64,000 nt of DNA from Nannocystaceae bacterium (GCA_019694555.1 JAIBBS010000017.1:5826-69825); one strand, 5' to 3'. Positions 54,684-63,911 are shown, counted from the stretch's first letter. Notes: a model not told the origin generated them from the sequence alone. Program-made: numbers and translations.

Positions 54684-54745
54684 GCGAGACACCGCCGGTG
54701 CAGCTGCTGCCCAGCGGCCGCATGCTGCGGCTGGGCTGAGCGGCG
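54684..54745 (+). repeat. 62-bp direct repeat, right copy (DR-R)
   Basis: 61/62 identical to 43467..43528 (one synonymous-position G/A difference). It carries the last 17 codons and stop of the small Cys protein gene but has no upstream gene body. Confidence 0.85.
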
Positions 54746-54929
54746 CGCGCTGACGCGACCCCGTGATCGGATTGCCGCTTCGGCGCGCGAGCGCCGTCGT
54801 CGCTGGCCGTAGGCCCAAGCGCGCGTGCGTGCAACGTCGCGCCGCAGTCGTGATACGAACCCTGTGCTGGCGCAGCCTGCAGGTCGCAGGTCACACCGGC
54901 CTCGTTCACGGATTCGGACGCAGCCACGA

Positions 54930-56525
54930 ATGACCAACCGCCCACCGCGATTGCCCGCCGTCGTCGTGATCGCGTCGATGTTCGCGTTCTTCGTGATCGC
55001 GCTGCTCATCGCGGCTGCACTGTGCTGGCTCGCATGGGTGTTGTACGAGCGCGCGTTCACTGGCGGCTGGACGCAGGGGGGGTTGCACCTGGCCGCGCTC
55101 GCGACCCCGTTGGTGGTGGCGGCGGGCACCATCGTATGGTCGCTGCTGCCGCGTCGCGATCGCTTCGTCCCGCCGGGTCCCGAGCTGAGCGAACGCGACG
55201 CGCCCGGGTTGTTCCGCGAGATCCAGCGCATCGCCGCCGCGACCGGGCAGGCGCCGCCGGGCCACGTCTACGCGTCCTTGGGCGTCGAAGCCTTCGTGAC
55301 CGAACGCGGCGGCGTGATGGGCTTCGGTTCCACTCGTGTGCTCGCCGTGGGCCTGGCGCTGCTCGAGTTGTTGTCCGAGACCGAGGCCGCTGCAGTCCTC
55401 GCGCACGAGTTCGGGCACTTCCACGCCGGCGACACCAAGCTCGGGCCGTGGGTGCTCGGCACGCGCGCGAGCATCGGGCGCACCATCGAGAACCTCGGCC
55501 GCGTCGGCGACCTCGAGATGGACCTGTGGATCGTGCGCAGGATGCTCGCGCTGGTGCGCGGCCTGAGGGCCCCGTTCGAATGGTTCTGGAGGCTGCACCT
55601 GCGGATCACACGCGGCATCGCCCGCGCGCAGGAGTACGCCGCCGACGCCGTCGCGGCCCGTGTCGTGGGACCGCAGGCACTGGCCGAGGCGCTGAAGAAG
55701 ACTCGCGTCGGCTCGCTGGCATTCGATGCCTACCTGCACACGTCGGTGTTGCCGGTGTTGGAGGCTGGCTTCCGGCCGCGGATCACCGAGGGCTTCCGCG
55801 CGTTCCTCCGCGCGCAGCGACAGGGCCCCGCGCTCGACCTCGCGCTGCACGAGGCGCTCCACGATCACAGCGGCACACCCGACGACTCGCACCCACCGAT
55901 ACCCGATCGGCTCGCCGCGCTCGCAAAGCTGTCGGGGCCACAGCCGCCGTTCGACTCGCGCCCAGCGATCGCATGGCTCGAAGACGTGGCATCGCTGGAG
56001 GCACGCATCATCGTGAGCCGGCCCGACGGCACCGCGCTGCAGGACGTCGCATGGACAGACGTCATGATGCGCGCGTTGGCACCGGTGTGGCGCGATCGAC
56101 TCGCGCAGGACCAGCGTGTGCTCAGCGGGCTCACGCCGGCCCTTGTCGTACTGCAGCCCGCGAACATGCGCCGGCGCGTGCGGGCGTTGGTCGGCGGCAT
56201 CATCGACGGCGCGCCCGACGACGAGGTCGCCGCGCGGTTCGCCGAGGTGGTCGGCGCCGCCGTCGTCCTCGCGCTGGTCGACCGCGGCTGGACCGCGATC
56301 GCCGTCACCGGCGAGGGCATTCGCGTCGAGCGCGACGGCGTCGTCGTCGAGCCCTTCGAGGAGGTCGCGCTCGCGCTGCAGGGCGAGGCCGAGGCTGCGG
56401 CGTGGCGCGCGAGGGTCGAGGCGCTCGGCATCGCCGAGGTCGCGCTCGACCGCGTCGTCGACGGTCCGCGGCGCGCCCGTGCTCGCCACGCGCAGACGAC
56501 TCGCGCGCGACGGGGCGCGCGCTGA
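54930..56525 (+). CDS. M48 family zinc metallopeptidase (HtpX/Ste24-like), membrane
   Basis: The ATG at 54930 begins a protein with two N-terminal TM helices, AHEFGHF (HExxH) and a downstream EYAADA glutamate motif. The long C-terminal domain is duplicated as a fragment at 54491..54663. Confidence 0.8.
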   Translation: MTNRPPRLPAVVVIASMFAFFVIALLIAAALCWLAWVLYERAFTGGWTQGGLHLAALATPLVVAAGTIVWSLLPRRDRFVPPGPELSERDAPGLFREIQRIAAATGQAPPGHVYASLGVEAFVTERGGVMGFGSTRVLAVGLALLELLSETEAAAVLAHEFGHFHAGDTKLGPWVLGTRASIGRTIENLGRVGDLEMDLWIVRRMLALVRGLRAPFEWFWRLHLRITRGIARAQEYAADAVAARVVGPQALAEALKKTRVGSLAFDAYLHTSVLPVLEAGFRPRITEGFRAFLRAQRQGPALDLALHEALHDHSGTPDDSHPPIPDRLAALAKLSGPQPPFDSRPAIAWLEDVASLEARIIVSRPDGTALQDVAWTDVMMRALAPVWRDRLAQDQRVLSGLTPALVVLQPANMRRRVRALVGGIIDGAPDDEVAARFAEVVGAAVVLALVDRGWTAIAVTGEGIRVERDGVVVEPFEEVALALQGEAEAAAWRARVEALGIAEVALDRVVDGPRRARARHAQTTRARRGAR

Positions 56526-56541
56526 TGCGGCGCGCAGATCC

Positions 56542-57540
56542 TCAGCGCGCGTTCACGAGATTCCACCGCGCCACGTCGAGCGGCTGCGACGGACCCGCGC
56601 CGGCCGAGAAGCTCCACCCCACCGCGCCGTCGGCTCCGGGGATCGCATCGGCGTGCATGCGCGGGCCGGGGTCGGGCTGGTTGTAGCCGTAGTTGTAGCC
56701 GCTGTCGTAGCCGGTGTTGTAGCCGCCGTCGCTGTTGTAGCCACCGTCGCTGCCGTAGCCGCCGTCGCTGCCACCGCCGTCGCTGCCGTAGCCCGACTCG
56801 CCACCGTCGCCCGACTCACCACCGGACTCGCCACCGGACTCGCCGCCCGATTCACCACCGGACTCGCCACCGGACTCGCCGCCCGACTCGCCACCGGACT
56901 CGCCGCCCGACTCGCCACCCGATTCGCCGCCCGAGCCCTCGGAGCCGTCGCCCCCGCTCGAGCCGCTCATCGACTCGGACATGCCCTGGCTCTGCTTGTA
57001 CCAGTCGTAGCAGAGCATCGCGGTGCCCGCGACGCCGACGGCACACTTGCCCCAATCGAACGGATCGACCTTCTTCACGAAGGCCTGCAGGCACTGGATG
57101 CCCGCGCCGACGCCTGCGAGGCCGCACTTCGCTCCGGCACTGACCTCGCGGAAGCCCTGGGTGTTGCCGTCAGTGTAGAAGGCGTGCAGCGCGTCGGAGT
57201 CCGACAGCGTGTTTTCGACCAGCGAGCCGTCCTCGCGCAAGCTCAGCGTGCCGGTGGTCGCGCCCTCGGCTTCGATCGTGAGGGTGTCGTCGGTCGCGGA
57301 CATCGTGAACACGACGACCGCGCCGTTGGAGCCGTCGACGCCGACGACCTGCATCGCCGCGCCACCGAGCGGCGCGATGTTCCACCGCACGATGCCCAGC
57401 TGCGCTCGCGTCTGATCCGACGCGCCGAGCAGCGCGATGCCATTGCCATCACCACCGTGGTCTCGTCCCGCCTCCGCGCATCCGGAGATGCCCAGCGCAG
57501 CGAACACCACAACTGCAAGTCGCAACCGCGGACGTGCCAT
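56542..57540 (-). CDS. lipoprotein with (GGESGG)n tandem-repeat low-complexity region
   Basis: The ATG at 57540 gives MARPRLRLAVVVFAALGISGC. A globular N-terminal domain is followed by about 10 units of GGESGG, then G/S/D/Y-rich repeats. Confidence 0.65.
   Translation of the reverse strand: MARPRLRLAVVVFAALGISGCAEAGRDHGGDGNGIALLGASDQTRAQLGIVRWNIAPLGGAAMQVVGVDGSNGAVVVFTMSATDDTLTIEAEGATTGTLSLREDGSLVENTLSDSDALHAFYTDGNTQGFREVSAGAKCGLAGVGAGIQCLQAFVKKVDPFDWGKCAVGVAGTAMLCYDWYKQSQGMSESMSGSSGGDGSEGSGGESGGESGGESGGESGGESGGESGGESGGESGGESGGESGDGGESGYGSDGGGSDGGYGSDGGYNSDGGYNTGYDSGYNYGYNQPDPGPRMHADAIPGADGAVGWSFSAGAGPSQPLDVARWNLVNAR
56790..56935. repeat. tandem 18-bp coding repeat (ggactcgccaccggactc-like units)
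   Basis: About 8-10 near-identical 18-nt units encode GGESGG on the minus strand. This makes the region prone to slippage. Confidence 0.7.
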
Positions 57541-57666
57541 CGAGTTTGCCCACCCTTCGCGCACTGCCGTCGTGCGCGACCTTCCTGTTCTACGTAGGGG
57601 GTCGGAGGTTCCCGACGTTTTCACTGCGGGCGCGTGGCGGTTCCGCGCAGGCCTGGGGCCGGCCCG

Positions 57667-58083
57667 CTACCACGTGCCGGTGTTGGGCATCGACAACCAC
57701 GGCTCGCGGGGCGGCAGGGCCTCGCCGGCCTGCAGCAGCTCGATCGAGATCTCGTCCGGCGAGCGCACGAACGCCATGCGGCCATCCCGCGGCGGACGCA
57801 GGATCGTGACCCCCGCGCGCTGCAGCCGTTCGCACGCGGCGTAGACGTCGTCGACTTCGTACGCGAGATGGCCGAAGTTGCGCCCGCCGCCGTAGGGCTC
57901 GCGCTGATCCCAGTTGTACGTCAGCTCGACCTCGGGCGCGCCGGGCTCGGTCGCGAGGAACACCAGCGTGAAGCGGCCGGCCTCGACCTGCTTGCGCCGG
58001 ACCTCCTTCAGCCCCAGCACGCCGAAGAACTCGAGCGCGCGATCGAGGTCGAGGACGCGGAGCATGGTGTGCAGGTACTTCAC
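57667..58083 (-). CDS. gloA: lactoylglutathione lyase (glyoxalase I)
   Basis: The GTG at 58083 gives [20 protein letters not shown], which matches the E. coli GloA N-terminus [26 protein letters not shown] and GHLAYEVDD are the metal ligand regions. Confidence 0.85.
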   Translation of the reverse strand: MKYLHTMLRVLDLDRALEFFGVLGLKEVRRKQVEAGRFTLVFLATEPGAPEVELTYNWDQREPYGGGRNFGHLAYEVDDVYAACERLQRAGVTILRPPRDGRMAFVRSPDEISIELLQAGEALPPREPWLSMPNTGTW

Positions 58084-58200
58084 CGCCGCAGCGTACACCG
58101 CGGCGTGACCGCGTGGCGCGAGGCAGCGCACCGCAGCGCGAGCACGTCGGCGCTGGCCAGCGGCTCGCCGAGCGCGCGGCGGATTTCTGCGATGATCGCG

Positions 58201-58635
58201 AGCGCCGTGGACCAAGACCGCACCGCACTGCGCACGATCCTGCTCGAGACCCGGACCATCGCGGTGTTGGGCGCGCACTGGGAGCCCGATCGCCCCGCGT
58301 GCTACGTGCCCGAGTACCTCGCCGAGGTGGGCTACCGCGTGCTGCCGGTGAACCCCGCCGGCGTCGGTCGCGAGGGCTTCGGTGCGCGCTACGTCGCGCG
58401 CCTGACCGAGCTCGACGAGCCGGTCGACATGGTCGACGTGTTCCGGCGCTCGGCGCTGGTCGCCGATCACGTCGACGAGATCCTCGCGATGTCGCCGCGA
58501 CCGAAGGTCGTGTGGCTGCAGCTGGGCGTCCGCAACGACGACGCCGCGGAGCGATTGCGGCAGGCGGGGATCACGGTGGTGCAGGATCGCTGCACGCTGG
58601 CCGATCACCAGGCGCTGGGCCTGCCGCGACGCTGA
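58201..58635 (+). CDS. CoA-binding domain protein (YccU-like)
   Basis: [34 protein letters not shown] and VWLQLGV match the CoA_binding_2 family pattern. Confidence 0.7.
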   Translation, partial: SAVDQDRTALRTILLETRTIAVLGAHWEPDRPACYVPEYLAEVGYRVLPVNPAGVGREGFGARYVARLTELDEPVDMVDVFRRSALVADHVDEILAMSPRPKVVWLQLGVRNDDAAERLRQAGITVVQDRCTLADHQALGLPRR

Positions 58636-58783
58636 GCGTCAGCGTGCGCGCTGCGGCACGCCCAGCGCGACGACGCGCCCGGCCCCAGGCCTGCGAGCCC
58701 GCCCAGCGCCGCCGCCGGGCCCACGACGCGGCCACGCGGCAGCGCGCCGAGCCAGAGCGAGAGCGCCGAGCCCAGCAGGTCGA

Positions 58784-59686
58784 TCACGTCGAATCGCGCA
58801 GGCGATCGTGGAACCGCAGCATCGCCGCGAGCACCGCGTCGGGCGCCTCGATCTGCGGGTAGTGGCCGATGCCGGGCAACACCACCAGCTGCGCCTGCGG
58901 CAACAGCTCGCGCCAGCGCGCGATCATGTCCGCACCCGAGACCGGATCCGCGGCGCCGTCGATCAGCACCAGCGGCACCCGCGTCCGCTCGAGCGCACCG
59001 ACCCAGCGCGCGCGATGCTGCTTGCGCTCGCGGATGTAGTCGATCAAACGCGGCAGCGCGAGCTGGCCGTCGGCGTGACGCAGCATCGTCCACAGCTCGT
59101 CGACGAAGGCCGGCGACGGCGGCGTGTCGCGCCCGAAGATCGCGTGCAGGCCCCGCGCGAGCGTGCGCCGCGAGCTCAGGCGCGCGACCAGGGGGCCCAG
59201 GCGCGTCGCGAGCAGCCGCTGCACCGGACGCGGGTGGTGACACTCGGGGAACAGCCCGCCGTTGAGCAGCACGCACGAGGCGATCGCGAGCCCGCGGCCG
59301 GCCCGCTGCTCGTGGCGCGCGAGCAGCTCCTGCGCGACGGTGTCGCCGTAGTCGTGCGCGAGCAGGTGCACGCGATCGACCCCGCGCGCGGCCAGCAACG
59401 CCTCGAGCCGATCGGCCTGATCGAGCATCGAGTAGCGAAACGATCGCGGTTTGTCGGACCAACCGAAGCCCAGCAGATCCGGCGCGATCACACGGAAGCG
59501 CGGCGTCAGTCCCGGCAGGATCGCGTGCCAGTCCCACGACGCGCTGGGAAAGCCGTGGATCGCGAGCATGGCCTCGCCGCGGCCGCGCTCGACCACCGCG
59601 ATCGCGTGACCGCGATGCTCGAAGCGCTGCCCCTGCCGGCGCCAGGTCTCGAACGCGGGCGATACCACGGCGCGAGCGTAGCTCAA
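58784..59686 (-). CDS. alpha/beta hydrolase fold protein
   Basis: HGFPSASWDW is the oxyanion-region motif, LLAHDYGD places the nucleophile in a GxDxG-like context, and there is a C-terminal GHYPQIE His. The start is a TTG with a GGGGA SD. Confidence 0.85.
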   Translation of the reverse strand: MSYARAVVSPAFETWRRQGQRFEHRGHAIAVVERGRGEAMLAIHGFPSASWDWHAILPGLTPRFRVIAPDLLGFGWSDKPRSFRYSMLDQADRLEALLAARGVDRVHLLAHDYGDTVAQELLARHEQRAGRGLAIASCVLLNGGLFPECHHPRPVQRLLATRLGPLVARLSSRRTLARGLHAIFGRDTPPSPAFVDELWTMLRHADGQLALPRLIDYIRERKQHRARWVGALERTRVPLVLIDGAADPVSGADMIARWRELLPQAQLVVLPGIGHYPQIEAPDAVLAAMLRFHDRLRDST

Positions 59687-59705
59687 TCCCCGCGCCCGTC
59701 GCGGC

Positions 59706-61049
59706 TCACCCGGGGCACTGCGCGCTGGGCTCGGCGTAGCCGTGGGTGATGAAGAAGATCGGATGGCCCGGCGTGAACGCGCCCGGCGGCAGCACGTCCC
59801 AGGTCATGCCGTCGGTGCTGCGCAAGAACCTCTGCTCGTCGTAGCCCAGCCACACGTTGTTCACCGCGACCAGGGTGCCCTCGGGGCTGCGCGCGACCGG
59901 ACCGACGTCCTCGTCGGATGCGATCGCTTCGGTCGTCCACGTCACGCCGTCGCTGCTGCGGTAGCGGTTGCCCCAACCCCAGAACCAGAACTCTTCGCCG
60001 GTCCAGATGCCCGAGCTCGCGATGCGGCTGTCGGTGATGACGTGTGATTCCCAGGTCTGGCCGCCGTCGATCGAGCGGCACGCGTGGCCGTCGCCATCGG
60101 CCATCAGCAGCACGTCGTTGCCGCCGAGGATGTCGCCGTAGGCACCCGGACCCTCGCCGACGCAATCGGCGGGGAAGCTGCTCGGGCGCCACCAGGTCTC
60201 GCCGGCGTCGGAGCTGACGAGCACGTCGGCGCTGGTGTTGCCGCTGGCGTACGCGACGAAGCGACCTTCGCCGCCGTAGCTGCCCCAGCCGAAGCGACGC
60301 ACGGACCAGATCACGCCCTCGGTGCCCTCGAAGTCGGCCTCGGTCGTGGGCATCCACGCGGCGCCGTCGCTCGACACCTGCGGCGTGCGCGAGGCGACGA
60401 CGAAGCGCTCGCCGTCGAAGCGCAGGCCGCCGAAGCTGTCGTTGTCGAGGCCCACGGTCCAGTCGAAGCCGTTGGTGCTCCACGACACCGCGCCGGGCCA
60501 ACCCCAGCCCCACGTCGCGACGAAGCGGCCGTTGCCGTACGCGACGCCCTTGCTGAAGCCGGGGCTGTGGCCGCAGTCGCATGCGTCCATGCTGCAGCTG
60601 CCGTCGTACCAGACCTGCGAGCACACCGAGCCGTCGTTGGCGCTGCAGTCGACCGGCGTGGTCGAGCCGCACAGGTGCACGTCGCCTTCGAGATCCCACG
60701 AGCGATCGCCGATCCACGTGAGCCCGTCGTCGCACGAGATCGTCGAGCGTCCGACCATGCCCTGCGCCACGAACACCGGCACGCCCTCGGGCACGCTGCC
60801 GGTGTCGCTGCTGCTGCTGCCGCCGTCGTCGGTCGCGTCGGTGCCCGCGGTCGTGCTCGCGGTCGTGCTCGCGGTGGTGCTGCCGCTCGCGCTGGTGCCG
60901 GCGCTCGTGCCCGGGCTGCCGCTGCTTTCGCTGCCCTCGCTGCCACTGGCCTCGCCCGCGTCGCTCGACGCGGCCGGGCCCGCGCCGGCGTTCGAGCAGG
61001 CCAGTGCGAAACCGAGCAACAGAAACGGGGTCCTGGGTGCGCGCGACAT
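59706..61049 (-). CDS. lipoprotein with Ser/Thr-rich linker and W/G-rich repeat domain (BNR/sialidase-like propeller?)
   Basis: MSRAPRTPFLLLGFALAC is a lipobox. A long S/T/G linker is followed by repeats containing SxDGGxTW-like motifs (SIDGGQTW, SSDGVTW, STDGMTW), which resemble BNR/Asp-box repeats. Confidence 0.7.
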   Translation of the reverse strand: MSRAPRTPFLLLGFALACSNAGAGPAASSDAGEASGSEGSESSGSPGTSAGTSASGSTTASTTASTTAGTDATDDGGSSSSDTGSVPEGVPVFVAQGMVGRSTISCDDGLTWIGDRSWDLEGDVHLCGSTTPVDCSANDGSVCSQVWYDGSCSMDACDCGHSPGFSKGVAYGNGRFVATWGWGWPGAVSWSTNGFDWTVGLDNDSFGGLRFDGERFVVASRTPQVSSDGAAWMPTTEADFEGTEGVIWSVRRFGWGSYGGEGRFVAYASGNTSADVLVSSDAGETWWRPSSFPADCVGEGPGAYGDILGGNDVLLMADGDGHACRSIDGGQTWESHVITDSRIASSGIWTGEEFWFWGWGNRYRSSDGVTWTTEAIASDEDVGPVARSPEGTLVAVNNVWLGYDEQRFLRSTDGMTWDVLPPGAFTPGHPIFFITHGYAEPSAQCPG

Positions 61050-61118
61050 GCCGGGCGCTTCAGTAACGCGAGCGGCCGAGTTGTCTCGCCCGCCCGCGAA
61101 AACTCACCCTTCGCGGCG

Positions 61119-61868
61119 TCAGCTGGGGATCCCGGCGGCCTGCTCGAACGGCGCCTTGCTGATGCGCCACACGCCGACGAAGGGATGATCGATGTCCCAG
61201 ATCACCGCACGGATCATGGTCAGCACCGCCGCCAGGGCCACGAACGCGACGTGGCCGAGCTGCGTCTGGGCGCCCGCGGGCAGCGCGAACACGCCGGCGA
61301 GCAGCAGCAACGACAACAGCGCGAGCAGGTGGTTGAGCGTGGCCGGCATGCGGTGCTTGGCCGCGCTGACGCGCGAGACCCTGCACTCGCGCAGGGCCGC
61401 GAGCGCGTCCGACAGCCGCGCGATCGCGGTCGCACCGTGCTCGGGCGCGACCGCGAGCTCGGCCACGCGCGCGTCGAGGGCGTCGAGCGCCGCGACGGCC
61501 ACGCGGCTCTCCGACAGTGTCGCGAGCTCGTCCCACTCCGCCGCCGCCGCGGTGAGGTACGCGCGCGTGGCCGCGCCGATGCGACGCCGCGCGGCGTCGC
61601 CACCGGAGCCGGTCAGCGCCGCGAGCCGCGGCAGCTCGGTCGCGAGGCTGCCCTCGCGCACGGTGAGCTTCTGCAGCGCGTTGAACTGCTCCCACACCAC
61701 GAAGATCACGAACGCCGTCAGCACGCTGTAGATGCCGCCGAGCAGCTCGAGCAGCGTCTCGAGCGCGGGCACGGCATCGACACCGAGCCCCGGCACGCCA
61801 CCGGGCACCAGCAGGCACACCAGCGCGGCGAGGACGATTGCGACGACGATCTTGACGTAGACACCCAT
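61119..61868 (-). CDS. membrane protein, hypothetical
   Basis: The ATG at 61868 gives MGVYVKIVVAIVLAALVCLLVPG, a TM segment. There are further TM helices near the C-terminus. Confidence 0.5.
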   Translation of the reverse strand: MGVYVKIVVAIVLAALVCLLVPGGVPGLGVDAVPALETLLELLGGIYSVLTAFVIFVVWEQFNALQKLTVREGSLATELPRLAALTGSGGDAARRRIGAATRAYLTAAAAEWDELATLSESRVAVAALDALDARVAELAVAPEHGATAIARLSDALAALRECRVSRVSAAKHRMPATLNHLLALLSLLLLAGVFALPAGAQTQLGHVAFVALAAVLTMIRAVIWDIDHPFVGVWRISKAPFEQAAGIPS

Positions 61869-61956
61869 GGGTTTTGCGACCTCGTCGAGGTCCAACCCCC
61901 GGCCGCGGCGCCGCATGCCCGACCGCGGCACCGCCGCACCGCCGCGGCGCGTGGGC

Positions 61957-62511
61957 TCACGGCGCGTCGTCGTGGCTGTGGATGCCGAGCCCGTCGGCGA
62001 TGCGGTTGTAGTAGGCGAACAGCGCGATCACCTGCACCGCGTGCGCGATCGCGGGATCGCTCCAGCCGTGCTCGCGCAGCGCCGCGACGTCGGCCTCGCG
62101 CACCGCCGCCGGCGTGCGGGTCAACGTCTGCGCGAATGCCAACAGCGCAGCCTCGGCCGGCGGCAGAGTCGGCAGCTCGCCGCGCAGCAACGCATCGGCG
62201 ATCGCGGGCGCATCGGGTCGGTGGGCGACCTCGGCACGGAGGTCGTCGGCGTGCGAGCGCAGTCAATACTCGCACGCGTTGATCATCGACACGTACGACG
62301 CGAGCAGCTCACGCTGCGCACGCGAGAGCGGCTCGTCACGCGCGTGCATCAATCGCAGGTACAGCTCGGTCGACGCCTCGAGCACGCGCGGCTGCAGGCT
62401 CTGGATCCGGATCACCGCGAAGACCTTGCCCGCGCGGCGCACCGCGGCGTCGTACAGCCTGCGCAACAAGCCCTCGGCACGCTCGGGCGCGACGGTGTCG
62501 ATGAACGGCAT
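61957..62511 (-). CDS. AhpD-core / carboxymuconolactone-decarboxylase (CMD) family peroxidase-related protein with an in-frame TGA at the CxxC second-Cys position (candidate selenoprotein, or nonsense pseudogene)
   Basis: The N-terminal ORF 62263..62511 (MPFIDTVAPER...LLASYVSMINACEY) stops at the TGA at 62265..62263. Reading continues in the same frame as LRSHADDLRAEVAH...ALFAYYNRIADGLGIHSHDDAP, which is ORF 61957..62190. This reconstitutes the family motif CxYCxxxH as ACEY-[TGA]-LRSH. A hairpin (cgaccuc-cgugcc-gaggucg) begins 17 nt after the UGA. Confidence 0.6.
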
Positions 62512-62649
62512 GCGGGGATCGTACTCGCCCGGCGGGCACGGGGACCGTATTCACCCCGCGGCCCGCTCCGGTCGTCGCGGCGTGACCACTGGCACGATCG
62601 CCGACGCGGTCGGGCGAACCGTTGGGCCGCCACCGACGACACACGGCGC

Positions 62650-63150
62650 ATGGTAGGTTCGTCGACAATCAGTTTCGCGTTGGCTCTGGGAGCGACCTTG
62701 GTGACGGTCGCAGCATCGGGCGCACCCGCAGGCTCGGAGGCGGCCGCGGGCACGCCGGCATCGGCAGCGGTCGAGGACACCGGCGTGGGCATGGTCTCGA
62801 TGGCGGCGTCGGAGAGCAGCGGTGGCATCGTCGATCCCCGCACGCCCGAGGGCGACACCCGCAAGTGCTTCGTCGGTTGGGTCACGACCTCGCGCTCGGG
62901 CAGCAGCTGCACCGTCACGCTGACCGCCAAGGTCGCGATGCAGACCAGCGCGTGCAGTGACTATCCCAACCCCAATCCGACGACGCAGGCGTTCCTCGAC
63001 GGGGGACTCAAGCTCGAGACGCCGGGCTGCACGGTGTCGTCGGCACCCAAGGGCAAGGACACCGTCATCAGCTGCAACCCCTGCCCCACCGAGATCACCA
63101 TGACCGTCAACGCCGACGCCGGCCGCAGGGTCACGCTGCCGCTGCCGTGA
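62650..63150 (+). CDS. secreted hypothetical protein (166 aa)
   Basis: MVGSSTISFALALGATLVTVAASGAPAGS is a signal peptide. A Cys-containing Thr/Ser-rich domain follows. Confidence 0.5.
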   Translation: MVGSSTISFALALGATLVTVAASGAPAGSEAAAGTPASAAVEDTGVGMVSMAASESSGGIVDPRTPEGDTRKCFVGWVTTSRSGSSCTVTLTAKVAMQTSACSDYPNPNPTTQAFLDGGLKLETPGCTVSSAPKGKDTVISCNPCPTEITMTVNADAGRRVTLPLP

Positions 63151-63911
63151 TGTCCGCCCGCACCTCGACCACGTCCCAGGAGTTGCCGAACATGTCGATC
63201 CCCGAACGTCGTGAGACCGCAGTGCTCGTCCCCGTCGCCCATCACATCGAGCCGCTGTGCGAGGCCGGGCTCACGGCGCTCGAGCGCATGGGCTACCCCG
63301 TGTTCCGCGTACGCGGCCACTCGGACATCGCGCGCGGTCGGAGCCAGATGGCGACACAGGCGCTCGAACAGGGTCATCGCGCGCTCATGTGGATCGACGC
63401 CGACATGATGTTCGTGCCCGAGGACGTCGAGCGCTTCCGCCAGGGCGAGCACGCGCTGGTCGGCGGCGTGTACCCCGTCAAGGGCCAGCGGCGGCTGACG
63501 ATGCGGCCGCTGCCGGGCACCACCGAGCTGGTGTTCGGCGAGCAGGGCGACGTGGTCGAGGTGCTCTATCTCGCAACCGGGTTCCTCTTCACGCGGGCGG
63601 AGGTCTACGCCGACATCCAGCGGCGGCTGGAGCTGCCCCGCTGCGGCAGCGATCCCGCCGATGCCGCGATCCCGTTCTTCCTCTCGATCGTGGCCAACGA
63701 CGGCGGCACACCGTCGTACCTCAGCGAGGACTTCTCGTTCTGCTACCGCGCACGCGTGGCCGGCCATCGCGTCATGGCCGACACACGCGTGCGCCTCGGC
63801 CACATCGGCACGTACGTCTACACCGTCGAGGACGCGGGCCGCGATCGCGTGCTGCACCCGAGCTTCTGCTTCCGCCTCATGCCCGAGCACGAAGGCGCCC
63901 CGGGTCAGTAG
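63150..63911 (+). CDS. hypothetical protein (glycosyltransferase-like fold?)
   Basis: The ATG overlaps the upstream stop (TGATG). The sequence RETAVLVPVAHHIEPLCEAGL...WIDADMMFVPEDVERF resembles nucleotide-sugar transferase cores. The assignment is weak. Confidence 0.5.
   Translation: MSARTSTTSQELPNMSIPERRETAVLVPVAHHIEPLCEAGLTALERMGYPVFRVRGHSDIARGRSQMATQALEQGHRALMWIDADMMFVPEDVERFRQGEHALVGGVYPVKGQRRLTMRPLPGTTELVFGEQGDVVEVLYLATGFLFTRAEVYADIQRRLELPRCGSDPADAAIPFFLSIVANDGGTPSYLSEDFSFCYRARVAGHRVMADTRVRLGHIGTYVYTVEDAGRDRVLHPSFCFRLMPEHEGAPGQ

Noticed and set aside
56770-56950. Regularly spaced short repeats that could superficially resemble a CRISPR array
   Set aside because: The units are 18 bp with no spacers, lie inside an intact lipoprotein ORF and encode GGESGG. 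It is a coding tandem repeat, not a CRISPR. No cas genes are present in the window.
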